The notes beneath the pieces are model-generated. The model was not told the DNA's origin and ran no database searches. It worked only from the letters and a program-made list of their open reading frames with translations. Positions 55,523 through 64,000 of a stretch of DNA of 64,000 nt are shown here, in pieces. The translations under genes and the position numbers were made by a program. This stretch comes from an uncultured Alphaproteobacteria bacterium (GTDB lineage Bacteria > Pseudomonadota > Alphaproteobacteria > Rhodobacterales > Rhodobacteraceae): NCBI GenBank assembly GCA_963768205.1, contig CAVYHB010000003.1, forward strand, positions 55,346-119,345, written 5' to 3'. The first letter of the stretch is position 1. Every line of letters starts with the position of its first letter.

Positions 55523-56616
55523 GAGCCGAGCTCCAGCGTCAGGGCCGGGCGGATCACGCCGCCGACGGCGGGCACCGCGCCGACGCCGCCCAGCGCGCGG
55601 GTCAGCGCGTCGTAGCGTCCGCCGGAGGCGACAGGAGGCAGGTCGGGGCGGGCGTCGGCGTAGAAACCGAAGACGAAGCCGTCGTAATATTCCATCGAGG
55701 TGCGACCATAGCTGCCCTCGAAATCCAGCCCGGCAACATCCAGCCCGTGCGCATCCAGCGCGGCGATCCGCCGTTCGATGCGGGCCACCGCCTGCGAGAT
55801 CGTCGGCAGGTCTACGGCCAGGTCGCGCAGGCGGCTTAGCGCGGCAGGCAGTTTCAGTCGCAGGCTGATGATCTCGTCCAGCAGCTCGACCTCGCCCTGG
55901 CTGACCGGCGGTTCGGCGGCATCCTCGACCAGCGCCGCGACCCGCGCCTCGATCTCGGCGGCGCTGCGCAGGCCGATGACCGGCACGTCCGCGTCAAGCA
56001 CCGCACCGCCCGACGCGCACCGCTCCAGCAGGGCCGCACGGCTGCGCGGCACCTCGCTGCGGCCGGAAAACCGGTCGAGCAGGGCGCGGAACCGGCGCGG
56101 TCGCCAGATGTGGCGCGATAGCGCGGCCTTGCGCCGGTCCGAGGTTTCCAGCCCTTGCACGGCGGCCATCAGAACGCCGATATCGCCGGTGGCGGGATGC
56201 AGGTTCAAGGGCGCAAGCAGATTGTGGAACAGCGCGAAGACCTCGGCATCGGCATCCGCCGGGTCGGCGCCGTCGAAGATCTCAAATCCGACCTGGTCGA
56301 ATTCGCTGGGCCGGTCGCTGCCAAGTTCCTGGGTGCGGAACACCTTGCCCGCATAGGCATAGCGCGCGGGGCTGCGCCGGTTGGCGATGTGCATCTGCAC
56401 CACCGGCACGGTGAAGTCGGGGCGCAGCATCAACTCTCCCGCCAGCGGGTCGCGGGTGGTGTAGGCGCGGGCGCGGATATCCTCGCCGTAAAGGTCAAGC
56501 AGGGTTTCGGCGGGTTGCAGGATCGGCGGATCGACCGGGTCGGCGCCGTGGTCGACGAAGTGCTGAAGCAGCCGCGCCTGTTCGGCGTCGAGCGATCTGG
56601 GCGCGGGGTCCGGCAT
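55519..56616 (-). CDS. hisZ: ATP phosphoribosyltransferase regulatory subunit (HisRS paralog).
   Basis: From ATG 56616 the 365-aa protein carries LRPDFTVPV, FRTQE...SEFDQVGFEIF and ASGGRYDAL. It overlaps hisG and abuts hisS. Confidence 0.88.
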   Translation of the reverse strand: MPDPAPRSLDAEQARLLQHFVDHGADPVDPPILQPAETLLDLYGEDIRARAYTTRDPLAGELMLRPDFTVPVVQMHIANRRSPARYAYAGKVFRTQELGSDRPSEFDQVGFEIFDGADPADADAEVFALFHNLLAPLNLHPATGDIGVLMAAVQGLETSDRRKAALSRHIWRPRRFRALLDRFSGRSEVPRSRAALLERCASGGAVLDADVPVIGLRSAAEIEARVAALVEDAAEPPVSQGEVELLDEIISLRLKLPAALSRLRDLAVDLPTISQAVARIERRIAALDAHGLDVAGLDFEGSYGRTSMEYYDGFVFGFYADARPDLPPVASGGRYDALTRALGGVGAVPAVGGVIRPALTLELGS

Positions 56617-58236
56617 CAGAGGTTCTTTTCGGTTTCGCCGATGAATTTCGACACGAAGGCTACCAGATCGGCGCGCGCGATTTCCTGCTGCGCTGGCTGC
56701 GCCTTCCATTCCTCGTTGCTTTCGATCTCCTCGGCCAGCCGCTTGCCCAGCACCAGGTCCTTGACCACGACGACGCCGCGCGCCTTCTCGTCCGAGCCTT
56801 CGATGATCGCCAGCGGGCAGTCGCGCTTGTCGGCGTATTTCAGCTGGTTGCCGAAGTTCTTCGGGTTGCCGAGGTAGACCTCGGCGCGGATGCCCGCGGC
56901 GCGCAATTCGGCGGCCATCGTCTGGTAGTCGGCCATCCGGTCGCGGTCCATCACGGTGACCAGCACCGGGCCGTGCTCGTCGGCCGTCGACCGGCCCTTC
57001 TCGCGCAGCGCCGCCAGCAGCCGGTCGACGCCGATGGAGATGCCGGTGGCCGGCACGGACTGGCCGGTGAAGCGTTTCACCAGGTCGTCATAGCGCCCGC
57101 CGCCCGCCACGCTGCCGAACTGGCGCGGGCGGCCCTTTTCGTCGGTGATCTCGAAGGTCAGTTCGGCCTCGAAGACCGGGCCGGTGTAGTAGCCGAGACC
57201 GCGCACGACGGAGGGGTCGATGACGATGCGGTCGGGGCCGTAGCCTTGGGCGGCGAGAAGGTCGGCGATCGTTCCGAGCTCGTCCACGCCTTCTGCCCAT
57301 ATCGGATCCCGACCATGCCGACATGGATCGCCACCGATTTCGAACGTAAGCTTCGCTTGGCAGCTCATCGCGGTCAGACAGCATCATCGCCGCAGCAGCA
57401 TTCGTCACTCTCGATCGGCGCTCTTGTGATCGGCGCTATGGATGCCGCGGATCAGCTAGCGCTCTCACGTCTCGTCCGCGAACCATACGATGCTGACTGC
57501 TCGCTAAGCCCTGCGCCGTCGGTGAAATCGCCGCTTTCGTCCTTGCGACCCTTGCCCAGCAAGGCGCGCACGCCGTCCGGCCCCAGCCGGTCCAGCTTGT
57601 CGATGGCGCGCGAGACGATGCCGCGCTCGTGGGCGAACTTCTCGGGTCGGACGGGTCGAGGATGCCCGCGACCTCCATCACCCCGTTCAGCACCTTCCGG
57701 TTGTTCACCCGGATGATGTAATCGCCGCGCTCGATGCCCACAGCCTCCAGCGTATCCGCCAGCATGGCGCAGATCTCGGCATCCGCCGCCACTGTCGCAG
57801 TCCCCACCGTATCGGCATCGCATTGATAGAACTGCCGGAATCGCCCCGGTCCCGGCTTTTCGTTGCGCCAGACCGGGCCCATCGCATAGCGCCGGTAGGG
57901 TGTCGGCAACTCGTTGCGGTGTTGCGCGTAGACGCGCGCCAGGGGCGCCGTCAGATCGTAGCGCAGCGCCAGCCAGTCGCCGGGTTTTTCGCTGTCGGCG
58001 TCCTCCTGCCAGGCGAAGACGCCCGCGTTCGGCCGGTCGACGTCGGGAAGGAACTTGCCCAGCGCCTCGACGGTTTCGACCGCCGAACTTTCCAGCGCGT
58101 CGAAGCCGTAGCGGTGGTAGACCTCGGCGATCTTGGCCAGCATCGCGTTGCGCTCGGCCACTTCGGCGCCGAAGTAGTCGCGGAAGCCCTTCGGCGTCTC
58201 GGCCTTGGGTCGCGGCGCTTTTTTCTGCTTGGCCAT
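56616..58236 (-). pseudogene. hisS: Histidine--tRNA ligase; several frameshifts between ~57290 and ~57680.
   Basis: The N-terminal frame carries [48 protein letters not shown]. The C-terminal frame carries [28 protein letters not shown] and [11 protein letters not shown] plus the anticodon-binding region. Confidence 0.93.
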
Positions 58237-58353
58237 GCGGGGCGGGTCCATGGGTTGGGTGGTTTGCGGCGCGGTCTAGCGGAAGGGCGAAGGCGGGGCA
58301 AGAACGGCGGTTTGGGGTTGCCAACCGGGCGGGCGGCGCGGTTAGTGGCGCAC

Positions 58354-58560
58354 ATGAGCGACGAGATCGACAAGTTGCAGGAAAAGGTCGCGCATTTGCA
58401 GCGGCTGACCGACGACCTGTCGGACGTGGTCAGGACGCAGGGTGCCGAGATCGACCGGCTGACGCGGAGGGTCGAGATGCTGATGATGCGCGAGGCGGAA
58501 CGCGAGGCCGACGGCAGCGGCACGGTCCCGCTGGCCGACCAGAAGCCGCCGCACTGGTAG
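58354..58560 (+). CDS. slyX: SlyX family protein.
   Basis: From ATG 58354 the 68-aa protein reads [39 protein letters not shown]. Confidence 0.8.
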   Translation: MSDEIDKLQEKVAHLQRLTDDLSDVVRTQGAEIDRLTRRVEMLMMREAEREADGSGTVPLADQKPPHW

Positions 58561-58570
58561 CGGGGCGGGC

Positions 58571-59014
58571 GTGCTGAGACGGCTGGCATTGTGGAGCGCG
58601 TTCGGGCTGAGCCTGATGCAGGCGGTGTTCTTCGCCGGCGCCGCGGTGCTGCCTTTGCAGACGGTCGGGCCGCCCGCCTTCGACCGTCCGCTGATCCGCG
58701 AACAGATGTGGGCGGCCAGCGGCCAGCCGATGTTGTACCTGATGACCGTCGCCGTGCTTCTGCTGGTCGCCCTGCCCCGACCCCGGATCCTGCGGCGCGG
58801 CCCGGTTGCGCTGGCGCTTGTTCTGATGCTCGGCGCGCATGTTGTGCTGCTGATCGAGACGCCGCTGCTGATCAAGGGCGGCGAGTTGGCGATGGCGCAG
58901 GGCGCGGCGAATGCGGTCCTTATGGCGACGCGGGTCGCCTCGACCGCGCTGGCCGCCCTGTCGACCTTTCTGGTGGCGCGGATCGTCGTCGTTCAGTTGC
59001 TGCGCGCGGCGTAG
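58571..59014 (+). CDS. Hypothetical integral membrane protein (about 4 TM segments).
   Basis: 147-aa ORF with four hydrophobic stretches. I recognise no family. It overlaps the 3' end of the convergent lipoprotein gene by 22 nt. Confidence 0.45.
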   Translation: MLRRLALWSAFGLSLMQAVFFAGAAVLPLQTVGPPAFDRPLIREQMWAASGQPMLYLMTVAVLLLVALPRPRILRRGPVALALVLMLGAHVVLLIETPLLIKGGELAMAQGAANAVLMATRVASTALAALSTFLVARIVVVQLLRAA

Positions 59015-60048
59015 GCGACGACCTCGCCGTTGTGCAGGAACATTTCCAGCCAGTCGCCGCTGTCACCGAAGCCGCGGTAGACGCTGACGAAGGCGGTCTT
59101 GCGGGCCAGCCGGTTGGCCTTGCGTTCCGGGCAGGGCTTGCCGCGCCGGGCGCCGCAAAGCCGCAGCTTGACCGTCTCGTAGGCGGCGTCGGTTTCTGAA
59201 TAGGGGTTCGTGTTCAGCGGGTTGTAGCGGGTGGCCTCGTGCACGGCAGAAGTGCCGAACAGCGCCAGAGCGGCGTTGAACTGGCGGGCGCAGTTGTCCT
59301 TGAATCCGGTGATGAACTGCGGTCGCATCGCGATGCTGGACGGGTCGCTGTCGATCAGCCGGTAGGTCCCGGCGCCTTCCGAGCGCGCCACCTCGATGCC
59401 CAGCTTGCGCGGTGCGACGCCGCAGACCCTGGCGATCTGGCCGAACGGCAGACCGGCGACCGGGCTGCCCGCGGGTGTCAAGGCGGCGAGGGCCGGGTCG
59501 GGCGGTTTGTCGGCCTCGCGCGGCGCGAAGAGGCTGCCGCGGCGCGCGACCGGGTCGGCCGCAGGTTCGGGCGTTGTCGCGGCGTTGGCGACCGGTGTTT
59601 CGGCTGCCGTCGCCTCGCCCGGCACGCGCTTGACGAGAAATCCGAAAAGGCGTGGTTGGCGCGAAGGGGCGGGAGCGGTGCCGCCGGCTGCTCTCACCGC
59701 TGCGATTTCAGCGTCGGTCATCGACGGGCCGGGCTGGGGCGTTTCCGCCTCGTCTTCTGACCCCGTCATGGCTGTCTGCGTGCCCGGAACCAGCGCGGGC
59801 GGCGCAGGTCCGGGGTTTGCCAGGAAGCCCAGGAACGACCGGGCCGGCGGTGCAGTCTCGACCGACGATGCCGCAGGTGCGCCCGTTTCAAGTGGCGCGG
59901 CGCCGGCTTCCGTGCCGGTCGTCGGCGGCTGCGTGGACGACCCCGGCGGGGCACAGGCCGCGACAAGAACGCAGAGCGCGATGGCGAGGCACCACCCCGG
60001 TAGGGCCAGACGACGGTTTGGCGGCCAATTCATCCCCAGGTTCTTCAC
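58993..60048 (-). CDS. Hypothetical lipoprotein with a Pro/Ala-rich linker and a conserved-looking C-terminal domain.
   Basis: The lipobox-like LVAAC follows a hydrophobic N-terminus and the ORF is 351 aa. I recognise no family. Confidence 0.5.
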   Translation of the reverse strand: MKNLGMNWPPNRRLALPGWCLAIALCVLVAACAPPGSSTQPPTTGTEAGAAPLETGAPAASSVETAPPARSFLGFLANPGPAPPALVPGTQTAMTGSEDEAETPQPGPSMTDAEIAAVRAAGGTAPAPSRQPRLFGFLVKRVPGEATAAETPVANAATTPEPAADPVARRGSLFAPREADKPPDPALAALTPAGSPVAGLPFGQIARVCGVAPRKLGIEVARSEGAGTYRLIDSDPSSIAMRPQFITGFKDNCARQFNAALALFGTSAVHEATRYNPLNTNPYSETDAAYETVKLRLCGARRGKPCPERKANRLARKTAFVSVYRGFGDSGDWLEMFLHNGEVVAYAARSN

Positions 60049-60164
60049 ATCATCATCATGTGCGAGCGGTCCCGTTCAGGCAACCAGTTCGTCCCGGTCC
60101 GTCAAGGATGCGCAGCAATCCACTCAACGGCGCATTGATTCCTTTACGGATGCGACCGACGCCA

Positions 60165-61085
60165 TCAGGCCGTCTCCCAATCGGCGGCCAGCCGTTCCGC
60201 AGTGTCGCCCGCCATCGCGGAACGGACAAGCGCAACATGGCGATCTGCCAAGCGCGGGCGGCTGCCTTCACCGGGCAAGGCAAGCGCCGCCTTGTGCTGC
60301 TTGTTGAATTCCCGCCCGGTTTCACCCGCCGCCTTGCGGACCGCAAGTTCGCGAAGGACCTCGATTTGCCGGGTGTCGAGACCTTTGTGCACCTTTTCGG
60401 AAGGCACCTCGATGCCATCGGGATGAACCCCGCACTCGGACAAGAGATCGCCCACGAAGGCCGCCACACCCGCGCGGATCGCTTCGAACGGTTTCACGCG
60501 GATGTCGATGCAGGGCCGCGACGCCTGAAGCCGCGCCAGCAAATCGTCGAAGCGGAAGGACGGGATATCGACGCGGTCGAGGAACCCGGCGTAGTCCTCG
60601 GCAGTTTCAAGGTGCCGCACCGCCTCGGAATAGAAGCCGAGCAGCAGGCTGTCCAGCGATCTGGTGTAGAGGATCGCCGTAATATCGCCGGGTGACAAGC
60701 CGGTCGTCAGCCCGGCGAGGTTTTCGCCGGCCGAGGGGTAGAAACGCGCGGGATCATTGCCCCAGGCCAGCTCTCGGTGAACCGTGACGCCGAGCAGGTT
60801 TTCTTCCGAGATCAAGAGCAGCTTGGCCCCGCTTGCCGAGGCGCGGCGCAGCAGGCGTCCGTTGAGTTCGCCAAGGCGGGCGACATCGCCTTCGGTCGGA
60901 ACGCCGTCATTCAGGTGCTTTTGCAGGCCGCGCATCCGGCGCCGCAGCCGTTTCAATCCGTCGGGCCATTCGGCGTTCAGAAAATAGACGCCGTGGTCGC
61001 GCAGCTGGCCGGTATTCACGGCGAGACTTTGTTGCAGCAACGTCGTGCCGGTCTTGTGGACGCCGAGATGATAGACGACCTTCAC
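60165..61085 (-). CDS. Sulfotransferase-fold-like P-loop protein (tentative).
   Basis: Intact 306-aa ORF. N-terminal HLGVHKTGTTLLQQSL resembles the PAPS 5'-phosphosulfate-binding loop. YTRSLDSLLLGFYSE resembles the 3'-phosphate-binding RxxxxxS motif. Confidence 0.4.
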   Translation of the reverse strand: MKVVYHLGVHKTGTTLLQQSLAVNTGQLRDHGVYFLNAEWPDGLKRLRRRMRGLQKHLNDGVPTEGDVARLGELNGRLLRRASASGAKLLLISEENLLGVTVHRELAWGNDPARFYPSAGENLAGLTTGLSPGDITAILYTRSLDSLLLGFYSEAVRHLETAEDYAGFLDRVDIPSFRFDDLLARLQASRPCIDIRVKPFEAIRAGVAAFVGDLLSECGVHPDGIEVPSEKVHKGLDTRQIEVLRELAVRKAAGETGREFNKQHKAALALPGEGSRPRLADRHVALVRSAMAGDTAERLAADWETA

Positions 61086-61107
61086 CGTGCATACCCTTGC
61101 GAACCGG

Positions 61108-64000
61108 TCATGTGTCCTCGACAGTCACCACGCCGCCCAGCGATTTCAACGCGCCCTTGATCTGCGGATTGAGGTGGAAATGGTCACCCAACGATATCTC
61201 GACCTCGCCGGGCAAGTCGGGGGCCATCAGGCACATCTGCACCGGGCCGCGCGCCCGGCTCTTGGCTTCCGCCGTGGCCCGTTCCAGCAGGGCGGCGACG
61301 CTGGCGATGGCGCCGGGTTCGTCGACGAAGACGCGCAGGCCCATGCCGCCGGCGTCGGCCGCGACCGTATCAATCGGAACGATCGAGCGGGCCAGCAGTT
61401 TCAGCTGCTCGCTTTCCATCGTGGCCTCGACGGTCAGCACGACATTTGCCCCGGCGTCCAGATGCTCGCGCGCGGCCTCCAGCGTGTCGGAAAAGACCGT
61501 CACTTCGTAAAGGCCGGACGGATCGGAAAGCTGCACGAAGGCAAAGCGGTTGCCTCGGGCCGATTTGCGTTCCTGGCGGCCCGACACGGCACCTGCCAGC
61601 TTGGCCATCAAGGGCGCGCGTTCGGCGCGTTCGGCAACCTCGGCCAAGGTTATGACGCCCTTGCGTTTCAGCGGGCCCATGTAGTCGTCAAGCGGGTGGC
61701 CCGACAGGTAGAAGCCGATGGCGACGTGTTCCTGGGCCAGGCGTTCGTTCGGCAGCCAGTCGTCCACCGGGCTGAGGCGCGGTTCGGGAAGGTCGTCGCC
61801 GGCCTCGCCGAACAGCGACACCTGGCTTGACTGGCGCTGGTCGTGGACCGCCGCCGAGTAGCCGACCAGCGCGTCGAGGCTGGCAAAGATCCGGTGACGG
61901 TTCTGGTCGAGCTGGTCGAAGGCGCCGGCGCGGGCCAGCATCTCCATCGGGCGCTTGCCGATGCGTTTCAAATCGACGCGACGGGCGACATCGAAAAGGT
62001 TGACGAAGGGCTTGTCGGCGCGGGCCTCGGTGATCAGCTTCATCGCCTCGACGCCGACATTCTTCAGCGCGCCCAGGGCATAGACGACGCGGCCCGCATC
62101 GACCGAGAACGTCGCCTGGCTGCGGTTCACGCAAGGTGGCACGATCTCGATCTCAAGCCGCCGCCGCACTTCTTCGGCATAGACCGCCAGCTTGTCGGTC
62201 AGGTGCAGGTCGCAATTCATCACGCCGGCCATGAACTCTACCGGGTGGTTCGCCTTCAGCCATGCCGTCTGGTAGCTGACCACGGCATAGGCGGCGGCGT
62301 GGGATTTGTTGAAGCCGTAGTTGGCGAACTTGTCCAGGAGGTTCCAGACCTCGACCGCCTTGGCCTTGTCGACGCCATGATCCTGCGCGCCCTTCAGGAA
62401 CTTGGGTCGCTCCTTGTCCATCTCGGCCTGGATCTTCTTGCCCATGGCGCGGCGCAGCAGGTCGGCGCCGCCAAGCGAATAGCCCGCCATTTCCTGCGCG
62501 ATCTGCATCACCTGTTCCTGGTAGACGATGATGCCCTGCGTTTCGTCCAGGATATGGTCGATCGAGGGGTGCAGGCCCTCGCGGTCGGAAAGCCCGTTCT
62601 TGACCTCGCAGTATTTCGGAATGTTCTCCATCGGGCCGGGGCGATAGAGCGCCACCAGCGCGATGATATCCTCGATGCAGGTCGGCTTCATGCGCCGCAG
62701 CGCGTCCATCATGCCCGAGCTTTCGACCTGGAACACGCCGACGGTCTTGGCGCTGGTGTAAAGCTCGTAGGTGGCTTCGTCGTCCAGCGGGATCGCGGTG
62801 ATGTCGATGTCGAGGCCGCGCAGCTTCAGCAGGTCGAGGGCGTTCTGGATCACCGTCAGGGTCTTCAGGCCAAGGAAGTCGAACTTCACCAGCCCCGCCT
62901 GCTCGACCCATTTCATGTTGAACTGGGTCGCGGGCATGTCGGATCGGGGATCGCGGTAGAGCGGCACCAGCTCGTCGAGCGCCCGGTCGCCGATCACCAC
63001 ACCGGCGGCGTGGGTCGAAGCGTTGCGCAGCAGTCCCTCGACCTGCTGGCAATAGGTCAGCAGGCGGTTCACCACCTCTTCGTTCTTGGCCTCCTCGCGC
63101 AGGCGCGGCTCGTCGGCCAGCGCCTTCTCGATGCTGACCGGCTTGACGCCCTCGACGGGGATCATCTTCGACAGCCGGTCGACCTGGCCGTAGGGCATCT
63201 GCAACACACGGCCGACGTCGCGGACAGCGGCCTTCGACAGCAGCGCGCCGAAGGTGATGATCTGTGCCACCTTCTCGCGGCCGTATTTTTCCTGCACGTA
63301 GCGGATCACCTCTTCGCGGCGGTCCATGCAGAAGTCGATGTCGAAATCGGGCATCGACACCCGTTCGGGATTCAGGAAGCGCTCGAAGAGCAGGCCGTAG
63401 CGCAGCGGATCGAGGTCGGTGATGGTCAGGGCGTAGGCGACCAGGGATCCGGCACCGGACCCGCGACCGGGCCCGACCGGTATGTCGTGGTCCTTGGCCC
63501 ATTTGATGAAGTCGGCGACGATCAGGAAGTAGCCGGGAAAGCCCATGCCTTCGATGATGCCCAGCTCGAATTCCAGCCGTTTCTCGTAGTCCTCGACCGG
63601 GGCGGCGTGCGGGATGACGGCAAGCCGTTCGGCAAGGCCCTCGCGGGCCTGACGGCGCAGCTCCTCGACCTCGTCATCGGCGAATTTCGGCAGGATCGGG
63701 TCGCGGCGTTCGACCTTGAAGGCGCAGCGCCGGGCGATCTCGACGGTGTTCCGGGTCGCTTCCGGCAGGTCGGCGAACAGCGTCACCATCTCGGCCTGGC
63801 TTTTGAAATAGTGCTGCGGGGTCAGGCGGCGGCGCGGTTCCTGCTGGTCGACATATGCGCCCTCGGCGATGCAGAGCAGGGCGTCGTGGGCCTCGTACAT
63901 CTGGGCCTTCGGGAAATGCACGTCGTTGGTGGCGACCAGCGGAACGCCCTTTGCATAGGCGGTCTCGACGAACCAGCGTTCGGTCGCGCGCTCCGCCTCG
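61108..64000 (-). CDS. dnaE: DNA polymerase III alpha subunit; the N-terminus lies outside the window.
   Basis: The ORF is open to the window edge (translation continues upstream of the listed Met as ...PLVATNDVHFPK). It carries GFPGYFLIVADFI, PVGPGRGSGAGSLVAY, MPDFDIDFC, FNKSHAAAYA and the OB-fold tail. Confidence 0.97.
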   Translation of the reverse strand, partial: EAERATERWFVETAYAKGVPLVATNDVHFPKAQMYEAHDALLCIAEGAYVDQQEPRRRLTPQHYFKSQAEMVTLFADLPEATRNTVEIARRCAFKVERRDPILPKFADDEVEELRRQAREGLAERLAVIPHAAPVEDYEKRLEFELGIIEGMGFPGYFLIVADFIKWAKDHDIPVGPGRGSGAGSLVAYALTITDLDPLRYGLLFERFLNPERVSMPDFDIDFCMDRREEVIRYVQEKYGREKVAQIITFGALLSKAAVRDVGRVLQMPYGQVDRLSKMIPVEGVKPVSIEKALADEPRLREEAKNEEVVNRLLTYCQQVEGLLRNASTHAAGVVIGDRALDELVPLYRDPRSDMPATQFNMKWVEQAGLVKFDFLGLKTLTVIQNALDLLKLRGLDIDITAIPLDDEATYELYTSAKTVGVFQVESSGMMDALRRMKPTCIEDIIALVALYRPGPMENIPKYCEVKNGLSDREGLHPSIDHILDETQGIIVYQEQVMQIAQEMAGYSLGGADLLRRAMGKKIQAEMDKERPKFLKGAQDHGVDKAKAVEVWNLLDKFANYGFNKSHAAAYAVVSYQTAWLKANHPVEFMAGVMNCDLHLTDKLAVYAEEVRRRLEIEIVPPCVNRSQATFSVDAGRVVYALGALKNVGVEAMKLITEARADKPFVNLFDVARRVDLKRIGKRPMEMLARAGAFDQLDQNRHRIFASLDALVGYSAAVHDQRQSSQVSLFGEAGDDLPEPRLSPVDDWLPNERLAQEHVAIGFYLSGHPLDDYMGPLKRKGVITLAEVAERAERAPLMAKLAGAVSGRQERKSARGNRFAFVQLSDPSGLYEVTVFSDTLEAAREHLDAGANVVLTVEATMESEQLKLLARSIVPIDTVAADAGGMGLRVFVDEPGAIASVAALLERATAEAKSRARGPVQMCLMAPDLPGEVEISLGDHFHLNPQIKGALKSLGGVVTVEDT

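Overview
The window is a 64-kb high-GC chromosomal segment, roughly two-thirds G+C by eye (not computed). Gene content and synteny look alphaproteobacterial and Rhodobacterales-like; this is inferred from protein families, and no database search was possible. I support about 65 protein-coding genes and found no rRNA, tRNA, CRISPR array, transposase or integrase. Most of the window is core housekeeping: sat-cysC, purEK, glsA, groESL with CIRCE, ppaC, ribF, prs, the F1 ATP synthase operon atpHAGDC, gloB, clpA, tyrC-hisC, homospermidine synthase, rpsD, class II RNR nrdJ, hisS-hisZ-hisG and dnaE. About 26 genes, including essential ones, have reading frames broken by small clustered indels. I read these as sequence-quality artefacts rather than true pseudogenes, but they are typed pseudogene because that is what the sequence literally shows. 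The most interesting candidates are listed below.
- A non-flagellar stator-like pair at 34.8-38.6 kb. It combines a MotA/ExbB-type channel carrying a helical tail with a roughly 880-aa MotB-like protein. The MotB-like protein has the plug/Asp TM signature, a roughly 550-aa coiled coil containing six 28-aa repeats, and an OmpA peptidoglycan anchor.
- A two-gene cassette at 45.4-48.2 kb, made of a radical-SAM gene and a DUF4130-UDG-like fusion, sitting behind a GAAC-N7-GAAC SOS box.
- A cluster of AT-rich palindromes at 48144-48196.
- An AT-rich islet at 12.3-13.2 kb, flanked by two copies of a terminator-like hairpin and encoding an orphan secreted protein.
- Twin glycosyltransferase-like paralogs directly behind the PAPS-synthesis gene.
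- Orphan Hint-domain and H-type-lectin genes.
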